NCBI GenBank assembly: GCA_963824495.1
Contig: CAWGPQ010000014.1
Location: forward strand, 64,001-128,000
Direction of reading: 5' to 3'
DNA length: 64,000 nt
DNA from: an uncultured bacterium
Lineage (GTDB): Bacteria; Babelota; Babeliae; Babelales; Babelaceae
Shown here: in pieces, positions 10,354 to 19,940 of the stretch
Position numbering within the stretch: position 1 is the first letter of the stretch
How the letters are laid out: each line of letters opens with the position of its first letter
The notes under the pieces: model-generated
What the model was told of the DNA's origin: nothing
What the model saw: the letters and a program-made list of their open reading frames with translations, nothing else
Databases searched by the model: none
Position numbers and translations under genes: made by a program

Positions 10354-12245
10354 CTAGCCGTTAGAGTTAGAGTTGCCGGCAGCCATAGCGTATTGTGCAA
10401 CTAAAGCGGCAATCTCAGCTGGAAAGTTAATGCCTCCCGGAAGATTTTCTAGTCTACCCTGAGCTTGAAGTCATTGATCTCGCAAGATCTCAGACATAAT
10501 CCTCTCTCTGCTCAACATATCAATAACGTCAGTGTCCCACGTTCACGTGCTACATCAAGCAATGTCCGAACGGTATCTGCATTACCTTGCTGTATTGCTA
10601 AGTGTAATGGTGTATTACCGTTATTATTTACAGCATTAATATCAGCACCATCACTAAGTAATGTTCTAACGCCGTGGGTATTATTGTGAAGGATAGCGTA
10701 ATGTAATGCAGTATTACCGTCAGTATCCCGTGCGTTAACGTTAGATTGAGCGTTGCCGGGAGTCATAGCGTAGCGTGCAACTAAAGCAACAATTTCAGCT
10801 GGAAGGTTAACGTCGCCCGGAAGGTTTTCTAGGGTACTATTTTGTCCTGCTCTTTGTACTAAACCAAATACAGCTTGATTTTCATATTTTTCAAAAAGGG
10901 CAGCAATGTTAGGATGATTATTTCTGAGGGCAAGGGTCCAGGCTGATTCGTCTGTATCATTAAAAAGATTAACTTGAGCACTATGGCGCAGTAACATAAG
11001 AACGGTATCTTTATGACCATTGCGTGCCGCTAACATAAGCGGTGTAGTACCACTAGGGAGAGCAGCATTAACGTTTGCTCCATGCTCTAAGAGCAGTTTA
11101 ACTATATTGCTATGGCCTTTAACAGCTGCATAATGCAGTGCGGTAGCACGATTAATATTAGTAGCGTTAAGGTCAGCCTTGTGTTCTAGAAGAAGCTTGG
11201 CGATATCACAGTGACCATAGAATGCTGCAAAGTGAAGTGCAGTTATGCCAGGAGCATCATAATTACTATAAGCTCCTTGCTCTAATAACTGAGTAACTCT
11301 GTTAATGTCACCTCGGGTTACAGCGTCAAGTAACTCCTCGTTGATTCTTGTATTTTCATTAATGAGATTTACAATTTCATGATAATTATTTTGCTGGGCA
11401 ATGGTCAATGCTGATTCGCCTGCATTATTTAAGAGGTTAACTTGAGCATGGTGCTGGAGAAAAAGTTGAACAATATTCTTATGTCCATGTCGAGCCGCTA
11501 GCATAAGGGCAGTATTGCCGAATTCATCAGCAAAATCAAGGCTTATGCCCAGCTCTAGAAGCATTTTAACTCTCCCTGTGTTTCCATTGCGAGTTGCCCG
11601 TATAAGGCCATCGTAGTCATTATTATCGATATAATTAACACTATTAACATCGGTGCTCTTGTTATCTCTTGCATTTCCATTAATAAGATCTACAATTTCA
11701 CGGTGGTTATTTTGCTGGGCAATGACCAATGCTGATGCACCTCGATGATTAAAAAGATCAGCCCGTGCATTATGGGCGAGAAGAACCTGAACAATATCTA
11801 CGTATCCGTCTTCAGCTGCCAACATGAGAGCAGTAGTACCCTCGCAATTAGCACGATTAACGTCAGCACCAGCTTCCATAAGCATTCTCACGATCTCCAC
11901 CTCTACATAGCTAGTATTAGCTGCTGATATAAGAGCAGTATTGCCATAGAAGTTGGCATAATTAACATCAGCCCCACGCTCTATAAGTATTCTAACTATC
12001 TCTATATGCCCATAGCTAACTGCATGTATAAGCGCTGTTTGGCCACTATAATCGACACAATTAACGTGAGCACCCTGCTCTAGTAAGGAGATTACGATAT
12101 CTTTATCTCCTGCTTTTGCTGCTGCTAATAACTGTTCATTAAGCTGAAGTTGTTGTTCTTGATCAGGTAAGTGCATGCTCATGAGCTGAGGCGAACCAAA
12201 AATAAAGATACTAAAGCCTGCTAATGCTAGTATATACTCGTTCAC
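10354..12245 (-). CDS. Secreted ankyrin-repeat protein with internal F-box-like motif; ORF ends at 10512 and the degenerate tail continues to 10354
   Basis: Many TAL/TPLH ankyrin repeats and LPAEIVALVARY. A frameshift near 10535 and TGA at 10471-10473 disconnect a tail ending ...FPAEIAALVAQYAMAAGNSNSNG*. Confidence 0.85.
10372..10832. repeat. Imperfect 81-bp direct repeat (10372-10452 and 10752-10832) encoding the F-box-like motif
   Basis: gttgccgg...gtgcaactaaagc...tcagctggaa...cccggaag.ttttctag occurs twice. Confidence 0.85.
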
Positions 12246-12296
12246 GCTGTTCCTTTGTTTGAGCTATATTTTATTTAAAACGACAATCTTGTAATT

Positions 12297-12325
12297 ATTT
12301 TAGCTCGTGCTTTACGCATTGTCAA
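12297..12325 (-). promoter_or_regulatory. Sigma70-type promoter of ankyrin gene
   Basis: TTGACA-17 bp-TAAAAT on the minus strand. Confidence 0.7.
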
Positions 12326-12408
12326 ATGATCTCAAGCTAAACACATATAATTTGATAATAGAGTTAGCTCGCGTAAGAGTTATGTACGCATGTACTATCG
12401 CTCAATCT

Positions 12409-13725
12409 TTAAGAGCTAGAATTAGGGTTAGACAAGAAGTGAACTATATGCGCTATAATTTCTTCAGGCATACCAATATCCGGAACATTTCTACCTTGAG
12501 CATGCAAGTGCTGAAAAAGTTCTCTATCACGCAATATACCGGGTATAATTCTTTCTCTGCTCAACACGTCAATAATAGCAGTACGCCTGTGCTCACGGGC
12601 TACATCCAATGGTGTCCGATTTTTCTTATTTCTTATGATATGGTCAGCCTGAGCACCAAGGAGTGCTTGAACCATACTCGCGCGATTATGCTGTATTGCT
12701 GTGTGTAGTGCTGTGTCCCCCTGTCCATTTGGGGTATTAATATGTGCATTATAAGCTAGTAATGCCTCAAGAATAACTTCATTACCATTGCGTGCAGCAT
12801 GATGAAGCACAGTATTACCTTCATTGTCTTGTATAGCAAGATTAGGGTTATACTCATTAAGTAAGTCTTCAACAAGAATTCCATAATTTTGAGCAACTGC
12901 CCAGTGTAGCGCTGTCATGCCAAACTTATCTTGATGATTAATCCTATAGGGTCCACTAAAAATGGTATTATTATCTCCGTCAAGAAGTCTTATGATGTGT
13001 TCTCTATCCCTGGTAATAATTGCTAGAATGAGTGGTGAAATCTTATTCTTTTTGCTTAGTATACGTGTAACTAGATTCTTATCGTCAGCTGATGTGGTAG
13101 ACAGTATTCTAGCTCCATAACGGGCAAGCATTATAGCTAGATCTGTGTCTACATATTCAGCTGCCCATATAAGAGGAGTCTTGCCCTTATCATCGATATG
13201 ATTAACATGAGCACCATGCTCTATAAGCATTCTGACGATTTCTATATACCCATTCTCAACTGTCGCTATAAGAACAGTCTTGCCAAGTTGGCCGGCATGA
13301 TTAACATGAGCACCTTGTTCTATAAGCAATCTAACGATCTCTCCATACCCATTCCAACCTGCATCTAGTAGAGCAGTCATACGACACCTATCAGCATGAT
13401 TAACGTCAGCACCATGCTTTATGAGTATTCTGGCTATCTTTTGATGTCCTTTCGCACATGCATTCATAAGGGCAGTTTTGCCAGTATTATCGGTATGATT
13501 AACATCAGCACCTTGATCTAGTAAGGAGATTACGGTATCTTTATCTCCTGCTTTCGCTGCCTCTAACAATTGCTCATTATCCCTATCTCTTGTTTGTATT
13601 GCCTCTAGCAACCGCTTATTAAGCAGCAGTTGCTGCTCTTGGTTAAAAGAGTTCATGCTTATAAGCTGATGTGAATTAGGCAAAAAGGCCATAAAGTTTG
13701 CTAATATCAGAATATACTTGTTCAT
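12409..13725 (-). CDS. Secreted ankyrin-repeat protein with C-terminal F-box-like motif
   Basis: Ankyrin repeats; start placed at MNKYILIL by homology to paralogs; ends MPEEIIAHIVHFLSNPNSSS. Confidence 0.88.
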   Translation of the reverse strand: MNKYILILANFMAFLPNSHQLISMNSFNQEQQLLLNKRLLEAIQTRDRDNEQLLEAAKAGDKDTVISLLDQGADVNHTDNTGKTALMNACAKGHQKIARILIKHGADVNHADRCRMTALLDAGWNGYGEIVRLLIEQGAHVNHAGQLGKTVLIATVENGYIEIVRMLIEHGAHVNHIDDKGKTPLIWAAEYVDTDLAIMLARYGARILSTTSADDKNLVTRILSKKNKISPLILAIITRDREHIIRLLDGDNNTIFSGPYRINHQDKFGMTALHWAVAQNYGILVEDLLNEYNPNLAIQDNEGNTVLHHAARNGNEVILEALLAYNAHINTPNGQGDTALHTAIQHNRASMVQALLGAQADHIIRNKKNRTPLDVAREHRRTAIIDVLSRERIIPGILRDRELFQHLHAQGRNVPDIGMPEEIIAHIVHFLSNPNSSS

Positions 13726-13859
13726 GCGGCATCTTTTTAAGCTATATTTCACTTAATGTAAAAAATTTAACTATAACTTTAAACTATATCTTATATTCTT
13801 TTAAAAGATTCGCAATAAAAATTAATAAAGATACAGAGTATGGCATCTGTTGAGCTTGC

Positions 13860-14783
13860 TTAAACTCGGAATATGCCTGATTCTGTATAATACATGCGCA
13901 GGCCTTTTATATAACCTTTCACCTGATCTCTATTTCTAGAAATAATGAGAGCTTCAATAAACAAGCCTATTGTACTCCACATGTATGCTATAAGCTTAAG
14001 TTTACGTGTGGGGTATACGTTTTTAAAGAATAAATAGCTGTAGTTTGTGATATACATTGCCCGATTATCGATAACTTTATCGCGATTAAGGGGGCTCTTA
14101 TGATGTTCAAGCTGTGCTCGGGGGTTATAGAAGAGTGTATAGCTTCGTGAGATACGCCATGAGATATCGCAGTCTTCCATAGCACAATAAGCATGTAGGT
14201 TTTCATCAAATCGATATTTTTTTACTACAGTTGACCTATATGCCATACAGCACCCGCCTAATACTTTTACGAGCTTAAAGATATTGAGGCCGTACGTATG
14301 CGTTGGCATACCTGAATACGTAAAGTTGCCTGAAGCATAATCACGTTGTAATAAGAAGAGTAGTCTGATAATTCTTGATGGGGTAAACTTGAGCGGCTCA
14401 CTATTACTTATTGCTCCCATACCTCCCGCATACTTGGGATAATGCTCGAATATTTTTTGCATTTCTTCTAGATATAGAGGTGTTAAGATAACGTCATCGT
14501 CAAAGAAATAGATAATGTCGCTTGTGGCATTATCAAGACCAACATTACGCTGATATGTCAAGCCCGGCTGCGTATGTTTATAAAGTAATCGTGAGCTTAT
14601 AAAGTATGCTTGGGTAAACGTCTTGGTAAAGTACTCTTCTCCATCAAGTCGCTTATCACTGCTATCAACAATAATAACCTCAGTAGGTTGAACAGTCTGA
14701 ATTTTAAGTGATTCCAAAAATGCTATGACATCTCTCATCCTATTACGCGTACAAATAATAACACTTGACGTGAGTTTATCCAT
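13860..14783 (-). CDS. GT2-family glycosyltransferase
   Basis: SVIICTRNR, VIIVDSS, QRNVG, FFDDDV, MEDCDIS. Confidence 0.88.
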   Translation of the reverse strand: MDKLTSSVIICTRNRMRDVIAFLESLKIQTVQPTEVIIVDSSDKRLDGEEYFTKTFTQAYFISSRLLYKHTQPGLTYQRNVGLDNATSDIIYFFDDDVILTPLYLEEMQKIFEHYPKYAGGMGAISNSEPLKFTPSRIIRLLFLLQRDYASGNFTYSGMPTHTYGLNIFKLVKVLGGCCMAYRSTVVKKYRFDENLHAYCAMEDCDISWRISRSYTLFYNPRAQLEHHKSPLNRDKVIDNRAMYITNYSYLFFKNVYPTRKLKLIAYMWSTIGLFIEALIISRNRDQVKGYIKGLRMYYTESGIFRV

Positions 14784-14789
14784 AGAGAC

Positions 14790-15848
14790 TTAAGAACTTA
14801 GGGGGGAACCTGTAGATAAGATACTCTGAGCTTTAGTTAAAAAATCGTTCATATCACCAGTTTTAAAAAGAAAAGCTTTGCTAGGCCGTTTACAAATGTC
14901 ACTTGCTAAAGCAGGTGTACCAAAAAAAATGGCTTCTTGGACGCTGATGCCATAGCTATCGCTTCGTGTCGGACGCACAAAAAGATCGACTTTGTGCATA
15001 AGAGGCCAAAGTTCTTTTTGATGTTCAAGGAAATACATATACTCCTGTAAGCTGGCCTGCTTAATATTATTAAGAAGCTTGTAATAATACTGCTCGTTGC
15101 CTCGTTGAGCAAGTGCTATTATAAGCCCACATAACGGATATTTTTCGCGCAAGTTATGCATGAGCTCAATGCACAAATCAAGGCCATAAAGATCTTGATT
15201 ATTAATAAGAACGAGCCGAAAAGCATTTGCTAAGATTAATGGTGAGCGTGTTCTAAGAAAATGTGAAAGATCTGAGGGATAGGTAGCCCAAATGGCTTGT
15301 TCTTCTGACAGAGCAGGCGGTAAAAATGGCGATTCTAGTGAAGCAGCTTTTGCCACTGGTATTTTGGCATCATGATAACTTGCACGTGTTGTCGTTCCAA
15401 TAATAACATGATGATTAACACATATGAGCGTAGTACGCAGTATATATTTAAAAAAAGCTGATCTTTGATAGAGATGTCTACAGTCATGATCAATAAGTAT
15501 AAGCCTATAGGATAGAATAGCTTTTAAGCTTATAATACAAAACCACTCTAGTAAGTTGTTATAGAGCGTGTGATACTGAACTTCATCAGGTCGAGTTTTA
15601 CAAAGAAAATAAATAAGTTTTGCATAACGTATAAGTCTTGATGAAAAGCACGTGATATCAAAAATCTGTACGTAATTTTCTTGGCTACGTAGTTTTTGTG
15701 CAACACGCTTAATATGTACTGAAGTACCGCCCAATGGTGGAGGATAGGGGCCAATAATAGCTATAGTTTTTTTGTAAAGGTTATCAGAATAGCGATGCTC
15801 TAGCTCATTAGATGCTTGAGATGTATGTAGGGGCTCTTGATTAGTCAT
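14790..15848 (-). CDS. GT4-family glycosyltransferase
   Basis: GPYPPPLGG and DLFVRPTRSDSYGISVQEA (GT-B C-terminal motif). Confidence 0.85.
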   Translation of the reverse strand: MTNQEPLHTSQASNELEHRYSDNLYKKTIAIIGPYPPPLGGTSVHIKRVAQKLRSQENYVQIFDITCFSSRLIRYAKLIYFLCKTRPDEVQYHTLYNNLLEWFCIISLKAILSYRLILIDHDCRHLYQRSAFFKYILRTTLICVNHHVIIGTTTRASYHDAKIPVAKAASLESPFLPPALSEEQAIWATYPSDLSHFLRTRSPLILANAFRLVLINNQDLYGLDLCIELMHNLREKYPLCGLIIALAQRGNEQYYYKLLNNIKQASLQEYMYFLEHQKELWPLMHKVDLFVRPTRSDSYGISVQEAIFFGTPALASDICKRPSKAFLFKTGDMNDFLTKAQSILSTGSPLSS

Positions 15849-15942
15849 AAAGCTTGTTGCTTTATTGTGTAATATTTTTTATAAGACAATCTTATTATAG
15901 TATGTATTTATAGCACGTTTCCACCGGAGCTGCTAGAGAGCA

Positions 15943-17187
15943 CTATGAGTAGATGGGAAATTGTTTACATAAACGATTAACCTCTTCACGTACAAGCTGT
16001 ATTTTTGTGTCGTTATCTCTGTACCTGATAACTGTATCAATAAAAAGAGCTGCTTGCTCCGTCTGCTCTTCTTTAAAGCCCCGTGTTGTGATTGCTGGTG
16101 TGCCTATACGAATACCACTGGTAATCCATGGCTTTTCCTGATCAAAAGGAATACAGCTTCTGCTGATACTAATTCCTGCTTTTTCTAGAAGAGTTTCTGC
16201 AGCCCTGCCGGTTATATTTTTTGACCGGAGATCAATAATAAACAGATGATTATCAGTACCACCGCTGACAATCCTATAGCCAAGATCTTGAAAAGCTTTT
16301 ACCATGGCTTGGGCGTTTTTAATGACCTGTCGCTGATATTCGACAAACTCTGGCTCAAGAGCTAACTTAAAACCTACGGCTTTTGCTGCAATAACATGCA
16401 TAAGTGGTCCACCTTGCATGCCAGGCATAAGAGCACGATCAATCTGCTCTTGGTAGCACGCTTTTGACAAGATAAAGCCACCACGGGTGCCGCGAAGAGT
16501 CTTGTGAGTAGTACTTGTTATACAGTCAGCATAGGGTACTGGCGAAGTATGTAATCCTGCTGCAATAAGTCCGGCTATATGAGCCATATCGACCATAAGC
16601 AAAGCGCCAGAATTACGAGCAATCTGGGCAAATCGCTCAAAATCTATACCACGAGAGTAGGCTGAAGCACCAGCTATAATAAGCCGAGGCTTGTGCTCCA
16701 GCGCAAGCCGCTCAAGAGCCGTGTAGTCAAGCTGCTCAGTTTCTGGATGTACTCCATACTGTATACTTTTATATAACATGCCTGAAAAATTAACGGCGTG
16801 CCCATGCGTAAGATGTCCGCCTGCTGCAAGGCTCATCCCCATGATAGTATCGCCAGGCTTAAGTAACGCCATATAGGCAGCCATATTTGCTTGAGAGCCG
16901 GAGTGCGGTTGAACGTTGGCATGCTCTGCAGCAAAAACCTTCCTGCATCGTTCTATGGCAAGCTTCTCAATTTCGTCAATCCATTGGCAACCACCATAAT
17001 AACGTTTGCCAGGATACCCTTCAGCGTATTTATTCGCGAGGGCTGTCCCTAAAGCTTCCCGTACAGCTAATGGAGCGTAATTTTCTGAAGCAATAAGATT
17101 AAGCTCGTGCTCCTGACGGTCAGATTCACGGTTAATCATGTGAGAAATATCAGGATCATACGTAAGAAGTAAAGTATTCATATTCAT
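15943..17187 (-). CDS. glyA: Serine hydroxymethyltransferase
   Basis: [39 protein letters not shown]. Confidence 0.97.
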   Translation of the reverse strand: MNMNTLLLTYDPDISHMINRESDRQEHELNLIASENYAPLAVREALGTALANKYAEGYPGKRYYGGCQWIDEIEKLAIERCRKVFAAEHANVQPHSGSQANMAAYMALLKPGDTIMGMSLAAGGHLTHGHAVNFSGMLYKSIQYGVHPETEQLDYTALERLALEHKPRLIIAGASAYSRGIDFERFAQIARNSGALLMVDMAHIAGLIAAGLHTSPVPYADCITSTTHKTLRGTRGGFILSKACYQEQIDRALMPGMQGGPLMHVIAAKAVGFKLALEPEFVEYQRQVIKNAQAMVKAFQDLGYRIVSGGTDNHLFIIDLRSKNITGRAAETLLEKAGISISRSCIPFDQEKPWITSGIRIGTPAITTRGFKEEQTEQAALFIDTVIRYRDNDTKIQLVREEVNRLCKQFPIYS

Positions 17188-17400
17188 AGCAGTGCTTATA
17201 TAATAGCTTTAGTGAAAATTATAGGACGACTTTATAGTTAGTATGCCATATACTTGACGGCTCGCAAAACTTCCTATCTATACCACTTTGTCGAAGCTAA
17301 GAATTAGAGTTTGATCGTGTTTGTTTATGCTATATTTTTACTTAAATGACTATCTTATAATTATTATTTTAGCTTGTGTTCTCTTACCTGTCAAATACGA

Positions 17401-17422
17401 GAGGAAAGGGCACCCTTTCCTC
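17401..17422 (-). terminator. Hairpin after 17442..17876, possible terminator
   Basis: gaggaaaggg-ca-ccctttcctc perfect inverted repeat; weak U-tract. Confidence 0.45.
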
Positions 17423-17441
17423 CAATGGACCGTATTAATTT

Positions 17442-17876
17442 CTAATTTTCTAATGATTGCTTAAATTTGTTGAGTTCTTGTTTATGTGCGTGGTAGATTT
17501 GAGAAGCTATATGGTGATGTCTTTGGTGAAGCTCTCTCCAGTCTTGTACTTGATTTTCATGTAATGCAATAGCGTTTCTTAAGTCCTCTTCAAGTGCTTC
17601 TGCATCGAGTCCTTCATCTTTAATTCTTGTTAGTTCATAATGATAGGTATCGAAGATCTCATTATGATGTTTTTTCAGGAGATCATATTTAGCAGCATGG
17701 TACCTCTTGGCGAGTTCAAACCAATCAGCTTTGTGACGTTTTTCCATATCGCTAAATGCAAGTATCTTATCAAGTATTGAATGGCTTGGAGGGTAATCCC
17801 CATAATCGACATCTTGAGCTTGAACGTTATGTGCAAAAGGCACCATACATGAAATAGATAGCATGAGCGCTTTCAT
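17442..17876 (-). CDS. Secreted His-rich helical hypothetical protein
   Basis: Signal peptide MKALMLSISCMVPFAHNVQA; many His (KKHH, HQRHHH). Confidence 0.65.
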   Translation of the reverse strand: MKALMLSISCMVPFAHNVQAQDVDYGDYPPSHSILDKILAFSDMEKRHKADWFELAKRYHAAKYDLLKKHHNEIFDTYHYELTRIKDEGLDAEALEEDLRNAIALHENQVQDWRELHQRHHHIASQIYHAHKQELNKFKQSLEN

Positions 17877-18102
17877 AAAAATTCCCTTTCTTGGGTTAAA
17901 ACTATATATAACATCACTTATCAGTATGAATTAAAAATAATTCTAAATGCAATATTTTTTATAAACCCGTACAGTCTAAGATCCCTATTATGTGGTCTAA
18001 TAGCACATTTAGGAAATATTTGGTATACTAGCGTAAGCGTTTTGGTAGTGTGTATTTACGTATAAACTAAGCTTTGCACATGATTTTTGAAAGGGAGGAG
18101 CC

Positions 18103-18672
18103 ATGATCTCAGCGTCAGAATTTAAAAAAGGGAGTAAGCTTCTGTATAAGGGTGAGCCTTATTCGGTTCTTGAATATCAGCACGTTAAGCCTGGCAAAGG
18201 CGGGGCTTTTATGCGTACTAAGATGAAGAATCTTATAACTGGCTTAGTTCATGAAGAAACATTTAGGTCTGAAGAAAAATTTCCGACACCTGATTTAGAA
18301 TATAGAGAAATGCTGTATCTTTACCAGGATGGTGATTTTTATCAGTTTATGGATCAAGAAAGTTATGAGCAAATAGCTCTTGATCAAAAGAGCTTAAGTG
18401 ATGTACTGAATGTTCTCAAAGAGCAAACTGTCTATACTATCTTATATTTTGGCAATAAGCCTATTGCCGTAACGCCACCGATAACCATGGAACTTAGGGT
18501 AACAAGCACGATTCCAGGAGTTCGCGGCGATACAGCTCAAGGATCCGCTACAAAACCAGCAACTCTTGAAACAGGTTTAGTGGTAAATGTGCCGTTGTTT
18601 GTCAATGAAGGCGATATTGTAAAGATTGATACACGTACCGAGAGCTATATAGAGCGCGTTAACAAGAAGTAA
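18103..18672 (+). CDS. efp: Elongation factor P
   Basis: HVKPGKGGAF, PGVRGDTA, KPATLETG. Confidence 0.97.
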   Translation: MISASEFKKGSKLLYKGEPYSVLEYQHVKPGKGGAFMRTKMKNLITGLVHEETFRSEEKFPTPDLEYREMLYLYQDGDFYQFMDQESYEQIALDQKSLSDVLNVLKEQTVYTILYFGNKPIAVTPPITMELRVTSTIPGVRGDTAQGSATKPATLETGLVVNVPLFVNEGDIVKIDTRTESYIERVNKK

Positions 18673-18698
18673 TCTCTAACTTAAGCAGGCATTATACT

Positions 18699-19202
18699 AT
18701 GTTTTTTGATGCTTTTGATGCTGATGATACCTACGACCAGAAGAGCGAGTATAATGAAGAATCTACGATTCCCTGTAGTGAACTAGCCCGTAGAGATGCT
18801 CGAGCATTGACCCTAATTCTATTGTACGCCATGGATTCCTTTGATTATCAGGTAAGCCTTGAGTCAATTGCGGATAATTTTGGCAAAAGTTTTAGGTATA
18901 GCATCGATCCGCAATGCCTAGTGTTTAAAGAAGCAGCGGCAATTATTGCTCAGCGCGATGTGCTTGATGATATAATCAAGCCGCTACTTGCTAATTGGCC
19001 GCTTAATCGTTTAGGAGTATGTACGCGCTTGATCATGCGCCTTGCCCTTTGGGAGCTCATTAATACCGATATTGTTCCGTCGATTATTATGAATGAAGCA
19101 ATAGAATTAGCTAAATGCTACGCCGAGATTGATGCCTATAAATTCGTTAATGGTGTGCTTGATGAATGGCTTAAGCGGAATAGAGGAGCTGCTCTGGAAT
19201 AA
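18699..19202 (+). CDS. nusB: Transcription antitermination factor NusB
   Basis: RRDARAL, WPLNRL, IMRLALWEL, NEAIELAK, FVNGVLD. Confidence 0.92.
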   Translation: MFFDAFDADDTYDQKSEYNEESTIPCSELARRDARALTLILLYAMDSFDYQVSLESIADNFGKSFRYSIDPQCLVFKEAAAIIAQRDVLDDIIKPLLANWPLNRLGVCTRLIMRLALWELINTDIVPSIIMNEAIELAKCYAEIDAYKFVNGVLDEWLKRNRGAALE

Positions 19203-19277
19203 ATTATTGCTTTATCTACATAGTTTATTGTAAAATAGAAATGATGTAGTAATAGTATAATCTAAAGGAGCTGGCAC

Positions 19278-19784
19278 ATGATCAAAGCGTATCGCGAGTT
19301 ACTAGCTATGGTGATTGGGCTTGGTTACGGTAATACAGCCTGGGCTGCTTTTCGATTAATGTCGTTTGATGCGACTGCATCTCCGGTGACCTTTGCCGTT
19401 CCAGCCTTACCTGCTGTGGGGGTGAGTATCCAAGCAACAGAGCCACCATCTCTTCAAATTGCAGGAGATAGTCATGCTATTTTGTTACAGGAACAACTTG
19501 TTGCTCCTGATGAAATTGATACGCCCATGGCTAATCCTCTCAAAACGGTAATTTATCTTGATCAGCAGCCCTATGCACACTTCTATTATGATGCTACTGG
19601 TGGTGCTACCGGCGACTTGAGCTTAAGTTATATGGCCGATGGACGGCTCTTGGTATGGGGACTTTCAGGTGGGCCTTATGCTTTTGTTCAATGCCTTTCA
19701 AAGAATCCTTGTTGTAGTGCCACTGCTACAGCACCAACCGGGGCTGAACAGCCTAAATACCTCTGTATGTTACCTGGTCGTTAA
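19278..19784 (+). CDS. Hypothetical protein with signal-like N-terminus
   Basis: 168-aa ORF with AAGGAG RBS. Confidence 0.6.
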   Translation: MIKAYRELLAMVIGLGYGNTAWAAFRLMSFDATASPVTFAVPALPAVGVSIQATEPPSLQIAGDSHAILLQEQLVAPDEIDTPMANPLKTVIYLDQQPYAHFYYDATGGATGDLSLSYMADGRLLVWGLSGGPYAFVQCLSKNPCCSATATAPTGAEQPKYLCMLPGR

Positions 19785-19940
19785 TGTGTCAATTTTTTGA
19801 GCACTATGCAGAGCTTGCGATGTTTGGCTCGGTAACACGAGCAGGACAGTTTGGATGGCTCTTAATGCAAGAAGAGCACCAACTTCTTCCGGTCGTCGTG
19901 CTTAATCATATTGTTTATGTTAATAGTTAATAGTTACTAG

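Noticed and set aside
19860..19903. SRP RNA (GACCGGAAGAAG on the minus strand)
   Set aside because: Lacks the CAGG...GGAA...AGCAG helix-8 motif, and the GGAA is not at a hairpin apex.
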